Shown: one piece after another, positions 60,916-64,000 of the stretch
How the letters are laid out: each line of letters begins with the position of its first letter
Numbering within the stretch: position 1 is the first letter of the stretch
Notes under the pieces: generated by a model
Databases searched by the model: none
Told to the model about the DNA's origin: nothing
Seen by the model: the letters and a program-made list of their open reading frames with translations, nothing else
From: an uncultured bacterium
Lineage (GTDB): Bacteria; Acidobacteriota; HRBIN11; JAKEFK01
Direction: 5' to 3'
Length of the DNA: 64,000 nucleotides
NCBI GenBank assembly: GCA_963777505.1
Contig: CAVZQN010000003.1
Span: 544,001 to 608,000 of the forward strand
Program-made: the position numbers and the translations under genes

Positions 60916-62184
60916 CTAAGTGATTTCGCGAGGGTCAGCAACTCGTCCCAGAATTGCAGTAGCGGCTGCTACAGCAGGATTTGCAAGATAAGATCTGCTT
61001 GTTTGTGCGCCCATACGGCCTGCAAAGTTTCGGCTAGTCGTTGCAAGAGATACTTCATCATTCCCCAACACTCCCATGTGACCGCCAAGACACGGCCCGC
61101 AGGTTGAAGTACTCACTACGGCGCCTGCTGTGACAAAGTCATCTAGAATTCCTTCACGCAAAGCCTGCAAATACACAATTTGTGTGGCAGGAATCACAAT
61201 CAATCGAACATCCGGATGAACAGTATGTCCTTTCAAAATCTGATGAGCCATTCGCATGTCATCGATTGAGCCGTTTGTGCATGATCCGATCATTACCTGG
61301 TTGATTCGAATATTTTCTTTTGCGAGATCCTGCGCAGTTTTTACGTTTGATGGCAGATAAGGACACGCAACAAGTGGACTCATCTTGGAAACATCGTACT
61401 CAATGACTCTTTTATAAGTCGCATCAGAATCCGCTTTCACAATTTTGTATTCTCTCTTTGCGCGACTGGCAACGTATTCCTCAGTAATCTCATCAGCAGG
61501 GACGATACCGCTTTTGCATCCGGCTTCCACTGCCATATTGCAGAGTGTCATTCGATCTGACATTTTCAAATATGGCATTGCAGTTCCACCAAATTCCAGA
61601 GCTGTGTAGTTTCCTCCATCGACGCCGAGATCTTGAATCAACTTCAGAATTAGATCTTTTCCTACAATCCAATCCGGAGGCCTGCCGTTATACAAAACTT
61701 TGATTGACTCCGGAACTCTTAGCCATGTTTCGCCAAGAGCCCAAACGACTCCAATACTGGTTGCACCCATACCTGTTGCGAATGCTCCGACAGCACCAGC
61801 GGTACATGTATGTGAATCAGCTCCAAGCAAAAGATCACCAGGAAGAACGAGCCCTAATTCTGGCAACAATGAATGCGAAATTCCGGATCTTCCCACTTCA
61901 AAATAATTCGAAATTCCAAACTGCTTCGCAAACTCACGCATTGTTTTGGAAAGTCCTGCTGATTGAATATCTTTTGCGGGAACAAAATGGTCATTAACAA
62001 GGATGAGCCGTTCGCGGTTGAAAACATCTTCAGCCCCAATCTTTTTGAAGGCATCAATGCACATGGCAGCCGAGACGTCTGTTGCAAGCGCGAGATCAAC
62101 GGTGGCAACAATCCAATCACCGGCTGAAACATCTTGAGCAGGCGAATGCATTCCAAGAAGCTTCTCCGTTAGTGTCTTCCCCAT
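60916..62184 (-). CDS. leuC: Isopropylmalate/homoaconitate dehydratase large subunit
   Basis: DHFVP, GADSHTCTAGA, CNMAVEAG, IGSCTNG, CGPCLGGH, RNFAGRMG. Confidence 0.9.
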   Translation of the reverse strand: MGKTLTEKLLGMHSPAQDVSAGDWIVATVDLALATDVSAAMCIDAFKKIGAEDVFNRERLILVNDHFVPAKDIQSAGLSKTMREFAKQFGISNYFEVGRSGISHSLLPELGLVLPGDLLLGADSHTCTAGAVGAFATGMGATSIGVVWALGETWLRVPESIKVLYNGRPPDWIVGKDLILKLIQDLGVDGGNYTALEFGGTAMPYLKMSDRMTLCNMAVEAGCKSGIVPADEITEEYVASRAKREYKIVKADSDATYKRVIEYDVSKMSPLVACPYLPSNVKTAQDLAKENIRINQVMIGSCTNGSIDDMRMAHQILKGHTVHPDVRLIVIPATQIVYLQALREGILDDFVTAGAVVSTSTCGPCLGGHMGVLGNDEVSLATTSRNFAGRMGAQTSRSYLANPAVAAATAILGRVADPREIT

Positions 62185-62294
62185 AGGTATCATTTCATCA
62201 TAAGTAAGTGACAGGGACAAACTTAGTCTTTCCGTAACGTTTGCTGCCGCAGAAACCTTTGAGTTCTAGATACTTTTATGGTGAGATTAAGCGC

Positions 62295-64000
62295 ATGTCA
62301 TTGGCAAAAGGGACGAAGTTAGGAGCATACGAAATTTTAAGTGCTCTCGGATCGGGAGGAATGGGGGAGGTGTATCTCGCACGCGATACAAAACTGCATC
62401 GCGACGTTGCAATCAAAGTGCTTTCAGACGTCTTTTCCAGCGATAAAGAAAGGCTGTCGCGATTTCAACGTGAAGCACGAATCCTTGCTTCCCTGAATCA
62501 TCCAAACATCGCCGCAATTTATAGTTTGGAAGATTCCGATGACGGGCAGAGTTATCTGGTTCTTGAACTTGTTCCGGGTCAGACTTTAGCCGAGATTGTA
62601 ACAGCCGGTCCTGTTTCCGTAAAAGAGGTGCTATCGATCGGATATCAGATTGCTGCAGCTCTTGAAGCAGCTCATGCAAAAGGAATCATTCACAGAGATC
62701 TAAAACCTGCAAACATAAAAATCACACCGGAAGGTAAAGTAAAGGTTCTCGATTTTGGCCTTGCGAAAATGGTTGCTTCGGATTCTTCAGATCATTCTAG
62801 CATTGCAACATTCGCGGCTGATGAAACGCGCCAGGGGATAATTATGGGAACTGTCGCGTATATGAGCCCCGAACAAGCTCGCGGAAAGAGTCTCGACAAA
62901 GAAACTGATATCTGGTCTTTCGGTTGTGTTTTGTTTGAGCTCCTCTCCGGACAAAAGCCGTTTCGGGGTGAAACCGTATCGGATGTGATCGCAACAATTC
63001 TGCAGGGCGAACCCGATTGGTCTAAGCTTCCTGATTCAACCCCGCTCAAAATTCGGGAGCTTCTAGTGCGATGTCTTCAAAAGGATTTGCATCACAGATT
63101 GAGAGACGCTGGTGATGCGAGGATCGAAATTGAAGAAGTTCGGCATCCATCCACCGTAATTATTAAAGAGCCTGCACCAAAGAAAAAAATGGGTATGTTC
63201 GCGATCCTGGCACTCATTGCGGTTGCTGCAGGTTTGTTCTTTGTAATGCGAAATAAAGGTTCGAAAATTTCTGAACAAAAATCTCCGGCGTTGGAAATTC
63301 CGAAAGTGAATCGTCCTGTTTTAGCACAGGTTACAAGTGCAACAGGATTGGAAGAGTTTCCGGCATGGTCTCCTGATGGAAAGCGATTGGCATTTAGCGG
63401 TGAGGCGCATGGTTTCAAGAAACTTTTTGTGAAAGATCTTGAAAGTGGAACTGAGACTCAATTGACAAGTGTTTCTGCTGATGACATTCAATCAGCCTGG
63501 TCTACAGATGGAGATTCAATTCTTTTTGTCCGGTCCAATCAGCCCAATGGCAAACTCGAACTCGGCGATGTTTTTGGAGAATATTCAGACGGTAACATCT
63601 GGCGATACGATTTCAAAACAAAAAAAGAACAATTGGTTTTAGAAAACGCATTTAATCCATCTTTCTCTCCTGATGGAAAATGGATTGCAATTGACGCATC
63701 CTGGGCAGGCCCGCGACGAATCTGGATCGTAAACAGCCTGGGTTTAAATCCACAGCAAATCACTTCAGATGTGTCGGAAGCTGTTAGTCATGTCATCCCG
63801 CGATGGTCGACTGATGGCAAAAAGATTGTCTTCCAATCAATCGAACGAACAACGTTTGATCTCAAGACCGTCGATATAAGTACCAAAACCGTAGAAATAA
63901 TTACCGATGATCTTTTTACTGATATTAATCCGGTTTGGTCCGGCAATTTCATTTACTTTACTTCGGACCGAAGCGGTGGATGGAATGTCTGGCGTATGGC
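62295..64000 (+). CDS. Ser/Thr protein kinase with TolB-like PD40 beta-propeller repeats; 3'-truncated and absent from the ORF track
   Basis: Hand translation: MSLAKGTKLGAYEILSALGSGGMGEVYLARD...HRDLKPAN...DFGLAK...GTVAYMSPEQ, a TM helix, then PAWSPDGK repeats. Confidence 0.92.
   Translation, partial: MSLAKGTKLGAYEILSALGSGGMGEVYLARDTKLHRDVAIKVLSDVFSSDKERLSRFQREARILASLNHPNIAAIYSLEDSDDGQSYLVLELVPGQTLAEIVTAGPVSVKEVLSIGYQIAAALEAAHAKGIIHRDLKPANIKITPEGKVKVLDFGLAKMVASDSSDHSSIATFAADETRQGIIMGTVAYMSPEQARGKSLDKETDIWSFGCVLFELLSGQKPFRGETVSDVIATILQGEPDWSKLPDSTPLKIRELLVRCLQKDLHHRLRDAGDARIEIEEVRHPSTVIIKEPAPKKKMGMFAILALIAVAAGLFFVMRNKGSKISEQKSPALEIPKVNRPVLAQVTSATGLEEFPAWSPDGKRLAFSGEAHGFKKLFVKDLESGTETQLTSVSADDIQSAWSTDGDSILFVRSNQPNGKLELGDVFGEYSDGNIWRYDFKTKKEQLVLENAFNPSFSPDGKWIAIDASWAGPRRIWIVNSLGLNPQQITSDVSEAVSHVIPRWSTDGKKIVFQSIERTTFDLKTVDISTKTVEIITDDLFTDINPVWSGNFIYFTSDRSGGWNVWRM

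Overview
Gene-dense bacterial chromosomal window, moderately AT-rich. Gene content suggests an Acidobacteriota-like diderm (inference only): a cohesin-tailed secretin with pseudopilins, an Oar-type TonB receptor, FHA-sigma54 activators, and TPR/PD40 Ser/Thr kinases. In order it contains: the end of a type II secretion/pseudopilin operon; a serine hydrolase; a giant TamB-BamA fusion followed by an atypical kinase-like protein and PhoD; a MoxR-type pair; the kdsB-pyrG-kdsA-kdsD-kdsC operon; a frameshifted TonB-dependent receptor; a sulfatase-TPR protein; comM; MltD; a two-gene microcompartment satellite; an uncharacterised ~16 kb biosynthetic/surface-modification cluster; a kinase flanked by two FHA-sigma54 activators; fdhA; leuC; and a truncated PD40 kinase. 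The most striking unexplained structure is three small-gene cassettes (one four-helix-bundle/23S rRNA IVP-family gene and two GxxExxY genes). Each is bracketed by its own long inverted repeat built of 8-9 bp units, and related orphan repeat arms sit at other gene boundaries. No rRNA, tRNA, CRISPR array or transposase was recognised. Eight +1 frameshifts in four genes point to sequencing or assembly indel errors.
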